Positions 38,985-49,338 are shown, numbered from the stretch's first letter. The stretch: DNA of 64,000 bases from Candidatus Thorarchaeota archaeon (GCA_004524445.1 SDNP01000009.1:1-64000), one strand, 5' to 3'. A program made the numbers and translations. The notes: generated by a model from the sequence alone, not told the origin.

Positions 38985-39757
38985 TCTTGGCTTCTTTCGT
39001 TGAGAGGCAATTTTCCCATCTCAAGTTCTTCAATGAGTGTAATGATTTCTTGCTTTGCTTGTTCCATTATGGCTTTTCCCTTCTCTGCTGTTGCTTTCGT
39101 CGGATCGCCATACGTCGCTTTAGGATAAAGCTCTTCTCTATACCAGGCTGATACAACTCGATATCTGGTTGCAACTCTAGCCGGGTTTGCGGATTGCATG
39201 TCAACCAAGTCGGGCCTAACAAACAGCATTTCAGAGGTTTCGTCCTCTCCTGCATGTCCCATCGGGGTTTCCACCAGCTCATTTCTTACATCCTTGGCAA
39301 GATCCCGCCACCAATTTATTATTATTACTACGCGTTCGCCCTTTTTGGTAGCAAGTCTAGCAGCACTCTCTAGATGCGGAGTATTCCCGCCATGCCCATT
39401 TAGTGCAACTATATACTTGAATCCATGAATGAAGACGCCCTTCATGATATCAGTGTAGAAATCAATGAGTGTTTTTGGCTGAACGGAAATGGTGCCTTGA
39501 AACTGATTGAAAATCCAACTGTCTCCAAATGGAATAGTTGGAAGTACTACCGCTTCTGTATTCTCAGCTATGTGCTTGGCGAGATGCTCTGGGAGTATGG
39601 TATCTGTCCCAAGTGGCAAATGCCTACCATGCGCTTCAAGTGAACCTGTTACAAATACAGCGATATTGGTATTCTTGCACTCAGACAGGAACTGCCCATG
39701 GGTAAATTCGTTCCAAAATGGCATTGTTACTCGAATTACATTGCACATCAACTCCAA
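38981..39757 (-). CDS. Creatininase family amidohydrolase
   Basis: GSLEAHG.HLPLGTD, NGHGGN, HAGEDETS, GDP..ATAEKG. Confidence 0.92.
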   Translation of the reverse strand: MELMCNVIRVTMPFWNEFTHGQFLSECKNTNIAVFVTGSLEAHGRHLPLGTDTILPEHLAKHIAENTEAVVLPTIPFGDSWIFNQFQGTISVQPKTLIDFYTDIMKGVFIHGFKYIVALNGHGGNTPHLESAARLATKKGERVVIIINWWRDLAKDVRNELVETPMGHAGEDETSEMLFVRPDLVDMQSANPARVATRYRVVSAWYREELYPKATYGDPTKATAEKGKAIMEQAKQEIITLIEELEMGKLPLNERSQD

Positions 39758-39871
39758 TATTAATCATCTGCTCAGTATCTGAATGCGAATCTGTATAACC
39801 ACCGAAAAGGATTAAAGAACACCATAGTAGGGCGGTGCTTAGTATTGGCTACACGGCCTTGCTTTGATGAT

Positions 39872-39981
39872 AGCCCCGTGGTGTAGCGGTCCATCATGAG
39901 GGGTTCTGGTATCATTGAGCTCTTTTAGCTCTCAGATAGGAACTCCCCTTGACCCAGGTTCAAATCCTGGCGGGGCTACCA
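39872..39981 (+). tRNA. trnQ: tRNA-Gln(CUG) with 34-nt intron (39910-39943) at 37/38; CCA encoded
   Basis: AGCCCCG/CGGGGCT acceptor, AGGGG/CCCCT anticodon stem, CTG at 39906-39908, T-loop TTCAAAT; BHB: UUCU/AGGA helix with GGU and ACU bulges. Confidence 0.95.
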
Positions 39982-40110
39982 CTTTCCCCATGTCTGCACT
40001 CAGAAAAGATGCCCTCCGCGCGTCTGTCGTCTCTTTTCTTTTTTCGAATAATTTAACCTTTTTAGCGCAATACTATACATTTAAAGGGATTGATGACCAT
40101 TAATTAAAGA

Positions 40111-40195
40111 CGACAGTAGACCCGTAATTCAACGGTTTTCTGTTGCTTTGACTGGCGTCCCTCCCGGCGGCTATCAATGAATACGGGTCCTGTCG
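40111..40195 (+). ncRNA. Candidate three-way-junction sRNA with CCUCCC loop
   Basis: CGACAG/CTGTCG plus GACCCGTA/TACGGGTC closing stem, two inner hairpins, TTTAAA about 26 nt upstream. Confidence 0.55.
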
Positions 40196-40264
40196 AATTC
40201 CTATTCTCAGCAGGACAACCTTCATATCAATGTAGAGCCTCAATTACTATGGAAAGTATGCATC

Positions 40265-41044
40265 ATGGAAACAGTCGAGCTCGGCTGGGATAAATTTTGG
40301 GCCGAACTATTTCGAGTGAAGCATCGTCGTTCGATTCCAGGGATTGAGCATTATGATGAGATGGTTGTGGATTTTTGTTTAGAAACCCTGAATCTCAAAG
40401 AAGGGGACGCGATTCTTGATATTGCATGTGGCGCAGGGGATCATAGTGTTCTTTTCGCAAAGAATGGTCTTGAAGTAACTGGATTTGACCTGTCACAAAC
40501 GCTTATCGATGCGGCCACACAGCATGCCCAAGAAGCGAACGTTGATATCAATTTCTATCGTGGAGATATGAGAGAGATTAACTTCGTCCAACGGTTTAAA
40601 GGTGCTGTTCTACTCAGCCATAGCTTCGGTTTCTTTAACCATGAGGAAAATAAGTTGGTGCTTGAGGGTAGCTACAACGCTTTGATTGAGGGTGGTAGAC
40701 TGCTCCTTGATTTGATGAACCCTTACAATCTTCCTAAATTCCAAAAGTCTTGGACTGAGCTTGACGGCGGCTACCTTCTCAGCGAGCCACATTTTCTTGA
40801 TGCTCCTGCTGGGGTTCTACGTGGCAGACCTGCTACCTACATTGATGCAGAAGCCTCGAGAATTGTCTTAGCCAATCAAGACGCACTCGCAAACAACAAT
40901 ATTCGCATGTACACCGCCCTTGAAATTTGTGCCCTTATATCAGAGGTTGGCTTTGAGAAGACTGAACTCTTTGGGCAGAATAAGCTTCCTCGCTGTCAGT
41001 ACACTGCGGGATCTGATAGGATGGTTGTCGTTGCCACAAAGTAG
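40265..41044 (+). CDS. Class I SAM-dependent methyltransferase
   Basis: ILDIACGAG, VTGFDLS, GDMR, SFGFF, L..GGRLLLD. Confidence 0.92.
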   Translation: METVELGWDKFWAELFRVKHRRSIPGIEHYDEMVVDFCLETLNLKEGDAILDIACGAGDHSVLFAKNGLEVTGFDLSQTLIDAATQHAQEANVDINFYRGDMREINFVQRFKGAVLLSHSFGFFNHEENKLVLEGSYNALIEGGRLLLDLMNPYNLPKFQKSWTELDGGYLLSEPHFLDAPAGVLRGRPATYIDAEASRIVLANQDALANNNIRMYTALEICALISEVGFEKTELFGQNKLPRCQYTAGSDRMVVVATK

Positions 41045-41093
41045 CTCCTCTGACGGAAATCTTTTAAGAACCTGTTAGACTCGTCGCGCATGC

Positions 41094-41155
41094 CACCGAA
41101 CTACTTTCGGTGACCCCGCCGAGTTCTCTCGCGCTAACTCTGGCAGTCCGGGTCA
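41094..41155 (+). promoter_or_regulatory. Structured 5' leader of EF-2 paralog
   Basis: CACCGAA/TTCGGTG and TGACCC-GCC-GAGTT/AACTC-GGC-GGGTCA hairpins between TATA-like cttttaag (41061) and ATG 41191. Confidence 0.5.
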
Positions 41156-41190
41156 GATTATGGTTATTACTCAAAACGAGTGTGAAAAAG

Positions 41191-43404
41191 ATGGTTAAGA
41201 TTAAGGAGCCTGATGCAATTAAGAGGCTCATCAAGTCAGATAATTACGAACAGAAGCGCATTATTAGCATATCTGCGCATATCGATCACGGTAAGACGAC
41301 AACCACCGACTATTTGATGCGTCGTGCTGGTCTTATGAGTGATGCCGCAGCCGGTCAGGCACTGATGACTGACAGCGATGAAGAAGAACAGGAAAGAGGA
41401 ATCACAATCTTCACCTCCGTTGTCCTCCTGAACTTCGAAATTGACGGCGAAGAGTATCTAGTACAGTTATCCGATACCCCCGGTCACTTGTCATTTACCG
41501 GCGAGGTTTCACGCGCTCTAAGAGCTAGTGATGGTGTAGTTATTCTAGTAGACGCACTCGAAGGTGTAATGACTCAAACTGAAACAAATATCAGATTAGC
41601 AGTTGGCGGAGAGGCATGCAAGCCAGTACTATTCGTGAATAAGGTTGACAGACTGATTAACGAGCTGAAGCTGCCTCCCGAAAAGGTATACGAGAGAATT
41701 GACATCATTATTGCAAAAGTGAATGAACTCATCAAAAAAGTTGCGCCAGACGATTTCACGAAGAACTGGCGAGTCAGCTTCGAACAGGGCAGCGTTGCTA
41801 TTGGCAGTGCAAAGACTGGATGGGCATTCACCATGGAGACTTTGAAGAAGAATAACATCAAGCCCACAGTAGTCTTTGAGAAATATAATGAAGGCGATGA
41901 GCGGTGGCTTCGAGAGAACCTTCCCCTTGATGATGCTATACTGGAGATGATTGTCAAACATCTTCCAAATCCGAAGGAAGCTCAGATCTACAAAATACCA
42001 CGAATCTGGAAAGGAGACCCTGAGAGTCCAGAAGGAAAAGCATTGCTCAAATGCGATCCTGATGGTCCACTCCTCGGAATGATTACCAAAATCTTTGTTG
42101 ATCCCAAGAGCAAGAGGCCCACTCTAATTGGACGAGTATTTTCAGGCACTCTGCACTCTGGTGAAGAAATCAGACTTGTGAATATGAAGCAAACCGCTAG
42201 AGTTCGAAGGTTAGGGGTACAAGAAATCACTGACATCCTTCCCATGGAAGAGATACCTGCGGGAAACCTATTCTCAATATTTGGCTTCATGTGTCCTTCT
42301 GGAGAAACTTTTGTGGCTGAAGGTTCCGATATGAAAGGCTTTGAGGCAATAGAATATGTGAGTGAACCAGTTGTGAGCCGAAGCATAAAGCCTGTCGACC
42401 CTCAAGACATTGCCAAACTGGGTGAAGTTGTTCGGAAATGGATTATGGCAGATCCGACAGCCAGATTCTTCCATGACAAGGAGTCTGGAGAATACCGCTT
42501 AGATGGAATCGACCCTCTTCAGATAGAGATTCTTACAAAGCGTATCAATGAGCAAGTGGAAATCAGTGTATCTGAGCCAATCATTGTCTATCGAGAAAAA
42601 ATGACTGAGACCGGAGATGAATTCCATACCAAATCACCAAACGGTCACAATAGAATCAAGATGTTTCTCGAACCTTTGGACGAGAAGACCGTGGAACTGA
42701 TCAAGAAAAAGAAAGTAACCATAGAGATGCCCGAGCGTGAACGTGCGCAGCTTCTCAGAGATGAAGCAGGATGGGATGCCAAAGAGGCTCGTAAAATCCT
42801 TGATATCTACGAGAATTGCATGTTAGTGGACCAGATGAGTGGTGTACAGCGATTTGACAGGATCGAGCCTTACGTCAAGAGCACATTCAAGGAATTTGTG
42901 GAATCGGGCCCACTGGCTCATGAACCTGTAATGGGCGTGAAGGCAACAATTACAGACGCAACAATTCATACAGACCCTGCTCATACGGGCTACAATGAGG
43001 TTGCCACAATGACCAGTGCTGCTTTAAACCTGAGCTTTCTAACTGGGCGTCCTGGTCTATATGAGCCTATCCTCAATGTGGATATCAAGACTCCAACGGA
43101 CACTCAGGGTGGAGTTATCAAGGTTCTGACTTCCCACCGTGGACAGATTGTCACGATAGAAGGTGAAGAAGAGGCGGTTGCGGTCAAGGGCACACTACCC
43201 ACTGCAGAAACAATAGGCATTGCTGATGAATTCAGAAGTGCAACGGCTGGTAGAAGCTTCTTTGGTTACGAATTTAGAGGCTTTGAGGCACTGCCCTCCA
43301 ATCTTCAAGAAGAGATTATCCTTGAGATACGTGAGCGGAAGGGAATGCCCAGCGAACTACCTACTCTGGGTTCATGGAGCCGTTGGGTATACAGGCGTAC
43401 ATAG
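41191..43404 (+). CDS. fusA: Elongation factor 2 family GTPase, stand-alone (probable Asgard aEF-2 paralog)
   Basis: AHIDHGKTT, EQERGITI, DTPGH, NKVD, KSPNGHN; diphthamide loop HTG instead of HRG; no ribosomal protein neighbours. Confidence 0.88.
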   Translation: MVKIKEPDAIKRLIKSDNYEQKRIISISAHIDHGKTTTTDYLMRRAGLMSDAAAGQALMTDSDEEEQERGITIFTSVVLLNFEIDGEEYLVQLSDTPGHLSFTGEVSRALRASDGVVILVDALEGVMTQTETNIRLAVGGEACKPVLFVNKVDRLINELKLPPEKVYERIDIIIAKVNELIKKVAPDDFTKNWRVSFEQGSVAIGSAKTGWAFTMETLKKNNIKPTVVFEKYNEGDERWLRENLPLDDAILEMIVKHLPNPKEAQIYKIPRIWKGDPESPEGKALLKCDPDGPLLGMITKIFVDPKSKRPTLIGRVFSGTLHSGEEIRLVNMKQTARVRRLGVQEITDILPMEEIPAGNLFSIFGFMCPSGETFVAEGSDMKGFEAIEYVSEPVVSRSIKPVDPQDIAKLGEVVRKWIMADPTARFFHDKESGEYRLDGIDPLQIEILTKRINEQVEISVSEPIIVYREKMTETGDEFHTKSPNGHNRIKMFLEPLDEKTVELIKKKKVTIEMPERERAQLLRDEAGWDAKEARKILDIYENCMLVDQMSGVQRFDRIEPYVKSTFKEFVESGPLAHEPVMGVKATITDATIHTDPAHTGYNEVATMTSAALNLSFLTGRPGLYEPILNVDIKTPTDTQGGVIKVLTSHRGQIVTIEGEEEAVAVKGTLPTAETIGIADEFRSATAGRSFFGYEFRGFEALPSNLQEEIILEIRERKGMPSELPTLGSWSRWVYRRT

Positions 43405-43416
43405 ATTTTTGTTTGA

Positions 43417-43455
43417 GTGGCATCCCCTAAAGGATGTCACCTTTCCTCTCTTTTT
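43417..43455 (+). terminator. Hairpin plus pyrimidine tract after EF-2
   Basis: GTGGCATCC-CCTAAA-GGATGTCAC then ctttcctctcttttt. Confidence 0.65.
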
Positions 43456-43499
43456 GGATAGATATAAGTTATTAGAGCTCTATTGCCCAACTGATTGTC

Positions 43500-44819
43500 A
43501 TGGCATTTGATGTAAAGGAAACTCTTGAAGCCCTAGTCTCTTTTGAAACAACAAATACAGATGAGAAGAAGTCTGGATCCGAGTGCCCCAAGTACATCTT
43601 GAGTCGCTTGGAAGATTATGGATTCAGGACCGAGCTTATCGAGTCTGAAGGATATTACAGTGGACTTGGAGAATTCGGTGAGGGGGAATACTCTGTGCTA
43701 TTTCTTGCACATTTTGATGTAGTTCCTGTAAGTGACAACTGGGAATACCCAGCTTTTGAAGTCACCTACGACAGCAACAGGGCATATGGAAGAGGAACTT
43801 GTGATGATAAAGGGAATATTGTATCGCTGCTCAACATGGCAAAAATGATCAGTGAAGGCGAACCGAGCTGTATCACAATGATTGGTGTTACTGGTGATGA
43901 AGAGATTGGAGGGCGGAATGGCGCATACGTTCTGCAGAAGAAGCTGCTTCATGAGGATCGTTTTCCTGACTATGTGATTATCGCAGATGGCCTGAATCAA
44001 GATATAATCAACCGGCGGCGTAACATTCTTCCGACAATATTCAGAACCAAGAAGAAAAAAGCGACCATTATGGGAACTAGGGACACCCTGCGTTTTGAAA
44101 CGGAAACATTCGGAACTGATACTAGACATTCAGCATATCTAAGATTAGGCGTAGATAGGCATGCCATGCTCGCCGCATCAAAATACATGGATTTACACTC
44201 TGATTTACTAGTGACAAATGTACGAGGCGCCTTTGTTAAATCAAATGTTGTCCCCGATTGGGTGGAGATGGATATCATTGAGCCCACGGATGATGGTGAA
44301 GAATGTGAATATGATGGAAACTTGACCAATCTCATGAGAGAGCTGCTAACAATAGCAAGTACCAGCTTTCCTACTCGCCTCTCGGATAAGGGAACCATAA
44401 TCAATCCGAACATCCTCGAAGACCGTCGTGATTCATGGAAACTACATTGCGACATACGAGCCATGACTAATGATGCTGAAGAGGTGAAAGAGTCCTTTGA
44501 AAGAAATCTGAAGGATAGAGTGAATCTCGAAGAACTTAAGGTTCATGCTGGAATGGGCTATGTTGATTCAGATCCCTCTTCAAAGCTTATAGGGACTGCC
44601 CGGAAGGTACTAGAGGAATTGTCAATACCATATGCAATCGTTGAAGGCTTTGGCGCATCGGACTCAAGATATTTTGCAGGACATGGCTCCGATGTATTTG
44701 ATTTTGGCCCAAGAGGCGATAATTTGCATGGGCCCAATGAATGGGTGTGGCTTCCTTCACTCGATGAGAATGCCCGTTTCTATCACCAATTGGTAAAGAA
44801 AATTGCTGATAGTGAATGA
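43500..44819 (+). CDS. M20 family (DapE/ArgE-like) metallopeptidase
   Basis: AHFDVVP, GRGTCDDKG, DEEIGG, GASDSRYF, HGPNE. Confidence 0.9.
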   Translation: MAFDVKETLEALVSFETTNTDEKKSGSECPKYILSRLEDYGFRTELIESEGYYSGLGEFGEGEYSVLFLAHFDVVPVSDNWEYPAFEVTYDSNRAYGRGTCDDKGNIVSLLNMAKMISEGEPSCITMIGVTGDEEIGGRNGAYVLQKKLLHEDRFPDYVIIADGLNQDIINRRRNILPTIFRTKKKKATIMGTRDTLRFETETFGTDTRHSAYLRLGVDRHAMLAASKYMDLHSDLLVTNVRGAFVKSNVVPDWVEMDIIEPTDDGEECEYDGNLTNLMRELLTIASTSFPTRLSDKGTIINPNILEDRRDSWKLHCDIRAMTNDAEEVKESFERNLKDRVNLEELKVHAGMGYVDSDPSSKLIGTARKVLEELSIPYAIVEGFGASDSRYFAGHGSDVFDFGPRGDNLHGPNEWVWLPSLDENARFYHQLVKKIADSE

Positions 44820-44825
44820 TATTCC

Positions 44826-47800
44826 TTACAATGGTGACATTCCGACTTTTATCTCAAGGTCATCTATTTCCCAAGTCTTAACATGGTCGTACTGACCCCA
44901 TTTTGGCTCTTCTTCAGGACCTACTAGATTTGTGGACTCTGACCGAGTTTCATTTGACAGATACCCCTCATACATTTGTGCAAGCTGGAGGGAATCCTCA
45001 TCCGAAAACTGAACGAGCAGGTCGATGTTTTTGTCGACGTCCAGATCCAGCTCTTTTCTCATGACCTGCACTCTTCTCGTTACATCTCTAACAAGGCCTT
45101 CTGCTTCAAGGTCCTGTGTTCTTGTGAGGTCCACGTATACCTCACCTATTCTGCTTTCTGCCCGGCTAAGGTATTTTGGTAATGTTTCTTCAAATTCCAC
45201 ATCATCAACTTCAATCTTGAGGTTGTCTTCACCAACTCTGAGGGATGCCTCTCCCTTCTGCAAGTCAGTTCTCAACTTGTTAGCATCTGTTTCTTGAAGC
45301 ACTTTTACTAGGTCCTTCATCTTATCCTTATACTTCGGACCAAGTGTTTGATAGTTTGGCTTTATACTCAAATCGAGGAATTGAGAAACAACATCTGAAT
45401 CTAGTACTTCGAATTGACGTGTATTCAAATCCTCGAGGAGCAGCCCCCTCAATGAGAGCGCTCTTTGTCCAACTTCATCACTTGCTGGTATTAACATAAC
45501 CTTGGCAACTGGATGACGAAGCTTTACACCTTTCTTATTCCTAGCATGACTTGATGCAGAACGCAACTCTTGAAGCACATGAAACGCTGCCTCTATTTCT
45601 GAATCAAATAGTGAATCAGAAACTTGGGGCATCTCCGTCATATTGATGGATTCGAAATTTCTGGCAGTGAAGCGGTCCAAGAAGTGTTGGTACAAATATT
45701 CGCCTAAGAAGGGAGTGAATATATTCAAGCAACGAAGGATAGTATCCATCGCGTAAAACAATGCGTCATATGCCATAATTTTCTTTGGATTGTTCGCATC
45801 GAGCCAGACCCTTTTCTTCACTAGAGGGAGGTAGACCCGGCTAAGGTCTTCTGAGATGAATTCTAACAGAACTCTTCCTGCTAGGTGCCAGAGATACTTG
45901 TCCATATGCTTGTGAAACTCTTTGAGGACACTCTGCACACGGGATAGAAGCCACTTGTCTTCCATTTCCGCCTTGTCCAAGTTGTCCAGCATGCGCTTTT
46001 CGTCATACTTGAACTCATCCAATTCCATGTATGTTTCGGCAAAGAGCACAACATTCCAGAGAATGTCAAGATTCCTTCTAGTCAGTTCTATCTGTTTTTT
46101 GCTGAAATTGGTTCTTGTCCACGAAGCTGAACGTGTAAGCATATACATTCGGAATGGATCTGCACCCAAGTCCTCGAATGCATCTTTAGCCCAGACGACA
46201 TTACCTTTTGACTTGCTCATTTTTCCTCCATCTTCATCCAATACATGCTCTTGACTTACGCACGCCTTGAATGCAACATCCCCATGAAGAAGAACAGAAG
46301 TGTACAAAAGACTGTAGAACCAACCTCGAGATTGATCAACCGCTTCGGTGATGAAGTCAAATGGAAATATCTCTTCGAATAATCTTGGGTCCTTCAGGTA
46401 ATGTAGACTGGCTGTGTGTGCCATTCCCGAATCCAACCAGCAGTCCAAGACAAACTCTTCACGATACATTTTCCCATCGCATTTTGTACATCGCAGAACA
46501 ACCTCGTCAACCCAAGGTCTGTGCATTTCAAATTCATCTGGAAATTCTATTGCTCGTTCCCTCAGCTCCTCGCGACTTCCTATGACTATCTCTTCATCGC
46601 AATCTTCACAGACCCAGACCGGTAGTGGTGAACCCCATATTCGAGAGCGAGATATACACCAGTCATCTGCATTTGCGACCCAGTCTCCGAATCTGCCAGT
46701 ACCAGCCCATTCGGGGGTCCAGTCAACTGACATATTCTTCTCTACCAGCTTTTCTCTCACTCCCTCCATTTTGAGGAACCATTGAGTGGCGTCTGCAAGG
46801 TAGATTAAGGGTGAGTCGCATCGCCAACAGTGAGGATACTCGTGTTCTATAGTTTCTTTATGAACCAAGAGACCTTTGTCTGCTAGAATCTTAGGCACCA
46901 TCTCATTTGTATCAAAGACGAACTTTCCTTCAAACATAGGGACTTCGTCAGTGAATCTTCCCTTGCTGGTGACTGGATTCAAGACTGGAACCCCGAATTC
47001 CTTGCCCACCTCAAAGTCATCTGGGCCGAACCCTGGCGCGGTATGGACCAAGCCTGTACCCTCTTCTACAGTCACGTGAATTCCAGTTACTACTGCATGC
47101 ATGAATTTCTCATTATGTTCTTGATGGAAAGGAACTTCTTGTTTGAATGGATGAACGTATTTCCATCCAAGCATCTCCTTGCCCTTTATTCGCTCTTCGA
47201 ATTCATAATCTTCAATTCCAGCCTTCGCCATGACGGTTTCAACTAGATCCTCTACTATCCACCAGAACTCATCCCCCACTTTCAGTTTCACGTACGTGTA
47301 GTCGGGATGAACAGATACGAGTTCATTCGAGAGGAGTGTAAAGGGCGTTGTAGTCCATATTACCAGATATTCATTTTTCTTGTCTTGCCTTCTGAACTTC
47401 ACATAGATGGATGGATCCTCTTTTGTTTGATACCCCTGTGACACCTCATGTCCAGATAGTGCTGTTTCACATCTCGGACATATTGGATTCACTCTGTAGC
47501 CTCTTCCAAGGAGTCCCTGCTCACTTGCTAGCTTTAGAAAATGCCAGACATGTTCAATATAATCATCTCTTCTTGTCTGATATGCGGTTTCATAATCTAA
47601 CCACAGACCTAATCGGACTGAATCTTCCACCCATCTCTCCAGATAGAAGTCGACTAGTTCCTTACACTTCTTCACGAAGGTTTCAAGACCGATTTCTGAC
47701 TCTATCTCTCCCTTCTCAGCCAAGCCCTCATTCTTTTCCACTTCGAGCTCTACTGGAAGCCCTTGCATATCCCAACCGCCCCTTCTCCATACATTGTATC

Positions 47801-48023
47801 CTTTCATTGTCATGTACCGAAGCTGGGCATCTTTCATAGCTCTTCCGCGGGCATGACCTACATGCATGAAACCATTTGTTGTGGGTGGGCCTTCCAAGAA
47901 GTTCCATCTTGGTCCGTCTTTTCTCATCTCCACAGTTTTCTCTTTGATATCATTTTCCGCCCAGAAATCTAGTATCTCATCTTCAACGAGTTGCGGATTG
48001 TATCTCTTTGGGAGTGGGCTCAT
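44826..48023 (-). CDS. ileS: Isoleucine--tRNA ligase (ORF open to 48113)
   Basis: EGPPTTNG..HVGH, WTTTP, HEYPHCWRC, DWCISR.R.WG, DQSRGWF, KMSKS. Confidence 0.96.
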   Translation of the reverse strand: MSPLPKRYNPQLVEDEILDFWAENDIKEKTVEMRKDGPRWNFLEGPPTTNGFMHVGHARGRAMKDAQLRYMTMKGYNVWRRGGWDMQGLPVELEVEKNEGLAEKGEIESEIGLETFVKKCKELVDFYLERWVEDSVRLGLWLDYETAYQTRRDDYIEHVWHFLKLASEQGLLGRGYRVNPICPRCETALSGHEVSQGYQTKEDPSIYVKFRRQDKKNEYLVIWTTTPFTLLSNELVSVHPDYTYVKLKVGDEFWWIVEDLVETVMAKAGIEDYEFEERIKGKEMLGWKYVHPFKQEVPFHQEHNEKFMHAVVTGIHVTVEEGTGLVHTAPGFGPDDFEVGKEFGVPVLNPVTSKGRFTDEVPMFEGKFVFDTNEMVPKILADKGLLVHKETIEHEYPHCWRCDSPLIYLADATQWFLKMEGVREKLVEKNMSVDWTPEWAGTGRFGDWVANADDWCISRSRIWGSPLPVWVCEDCDEEIVIGSREELRERAIEFPDEFEMHRPWVDEVVLRCTKCDGKMYREEFVLDCWLDSGMAHTASLHYLKDPRLFEEIFPFDFITEAVDQSRGWFYSLLYTSVLLHGDVAFKACVSQEHVLDEDGGKMSKSKGNVVWAKDAFEDLGADPFRMYMLTRSASWTRTNFSKKQIELTRRNLDILWNVVLFAETYMELDEFKYDEKRMLDNLDKAEMEDKWLLSRVQSVLKEFHKHMDKYLWHLAGRVLLEFISEDLSRVYLPLVKKRVWLDANNPKKIMAYDALFYAMDTILRCLNIFTPFLGEYLYQHFLDRFTARNFESINMTEMPQVSDSLFDSEIEAAFHVLQELRSASSHARNKKGVKLRHPVAKVMLIPASDEVGQRALSLRGLLLEDLNTRQFEVLDSDVVSQFLDLSIKPNYQTLGPKYKDKMKDLVKVLQETDANKLRTDLQKGEASLRVGEDNLKIEVDDVEFEETLPKYLSRAESRIGEVYVDLTRTQDLEAEGLVRDVTRRVQVMRKELDLDVDKNIDLLVQFSDEDSLQLAQMYEGYLSNETRSESTNLVGPEEEPKWGQYDHVKTWEIDDLEIKVGMSPL

Positions 48024-48326
48024 TCTATTCTCCTCTCTGTTTTGTTGGCACTGAAATTCAAATATGGCAGAAGTAGTCTGCTCGTCCCCAAGTTTGAGAG
48101 AAGCATATACCAATCACTAGTTGAAAGGCCAATATTATTGGCTAATTTGGCAATCCATCCTTTACTCTCCTTGTGGACTACTCGTTATGTCAAGCGTTCT
48201 GGTTAAAAATCTTAGGCTAAGCATAATTGACCACTCTTATACTGATCCGTTTGAATAAGTGCAACCAACACTTAATTGTCAGCCACCTGAAAATCATATG
48301 CATTGAACATCGTACGGTGATTACAA

Positions 48327-49001
48327 TTGTCGCGTCTTGAAGAACAATCATTGGATAAGCTTGCTGACATTATCTACAATATCCTTTGGCAGGATTTGCT
48401 TGAGGTCTGGCGAATAGTACATGCGAAGATGGAAGAGGAAGGAACAGAGGCAGTCCGTTCTGCTTTTAGTGACGCCCAAGAACGTTTTCTCAAAGGGCCA
48501 TTTGAAGATTATCTGGAAGTCAGATGGGGGATGAACCTATGTGTTCATTGTAATGATAATAATGTTGAGAAGAATGGAATTGCCTATGTGGATGAGGATG
48601 GGGATGGACTAGAATTCAATCAATGCCTGAACTGCCAAATAGGAATAATTTACAACATTAAATTTGCAAAGGCTGTTTTCGAAACCTATACTATTGGATT
48701 GGGTGGTCGGGACGAGTTCAATGGCATGTCGATTTTCTGGAATGCCATCGTACCCAAATCACTAGAAAAATTTCTCCCGTCATATGAGATAATAAAGAAT
48801 GGACAGTGGATTGGTACTGTTTCCTTGGACAACTCAGGGAGTACGAAATTCTTGCCTTTCAAAAATATGAAACATGGTATTGAGAGGGACGCAGACGCAC
48901 CTTGGATAGAAGATATCCCGGATGATGTTGCACAAGCTCTAGACGATTTCAAAGAAAAGGCGAAGGAACATATCGAAGTCGCAATGATATTGGCTGAGTA
49001 A
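48327..49001 (+). CDS. Hypothetical protein with CxxC...CxxC
   Basis: 224-aa ORF; CVHC...CLNC. Confidence 0.65.
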   Translation: MSRLEEQSLDKLADIIYNILWQDLLEVWRIVHAKMEEEGTEAVRSAFSDAQERFLKGPFEDYLEVRWGMNLCVHCNDNNVEKNGIAYVDEDGDGLEFNQCLNCQIGIIYNIKFAKAVFETYTIGLGGRDEFNGMSIFWNAIVPKSLEKFLPSYEIIKNGQWIGTVSLDNSGSTKFLPFKNMKHGIERDADAPWIEDIPDDVAQALDDFKEKAKEHIEVAMILAE

Positions 49002-49017
49002 ATGGGGGGGGAACGGC

Positions 49018-49338
49018 ATGGATTCAGACGAGAAGTTGGTGAGAGACCGTATACCCGAACTGATCGAAAATGATGGGCAGAAGCCTAAATATAGACGTGC
49101 CAGCGGTGAAGAGCTGGACTATCTTCTGCGGGCGAAAATAGTGGAAGAATCAAAAGAGCTTCTTGAATCGGGCGATACAGAAGAACTTGTTGATATCTTG
49201 GAGGTTATTGAAGCTCTGCTTCGGCTCCGCAATGTGGACTCAGCATTCTTGGAGATTCAAAAACACGCCAAGCGTCTGGCCCGTGGTGCATTCGAGAAGG
49301 GATATGTTCTCTCTTTGGATAGTCTCGATAATCATTGA
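49018..49338 (+). CDS. MazG/PRA-PH-like nucleoside triphosphate pyrophosphohydrolase
   Basis: KLVRDRIPELI, K.VEE..E, EELVDILEVI, RGAFEKG. Confidence 0.88.
   Translation: MDSDEKLVRDRIPELIENDGQKPKYRRASGEELDYLLRAKIVEESKELLESGDTEELVDILEVIEALLRLRNVDSAFLEIQKHAKRLARGAFEKGYVLSLDSLDNH

Noticed and set aside
39915-40103. 62-aa ORF
   Set aside because: Overlaps the tRNA-Gln gene and its terminator
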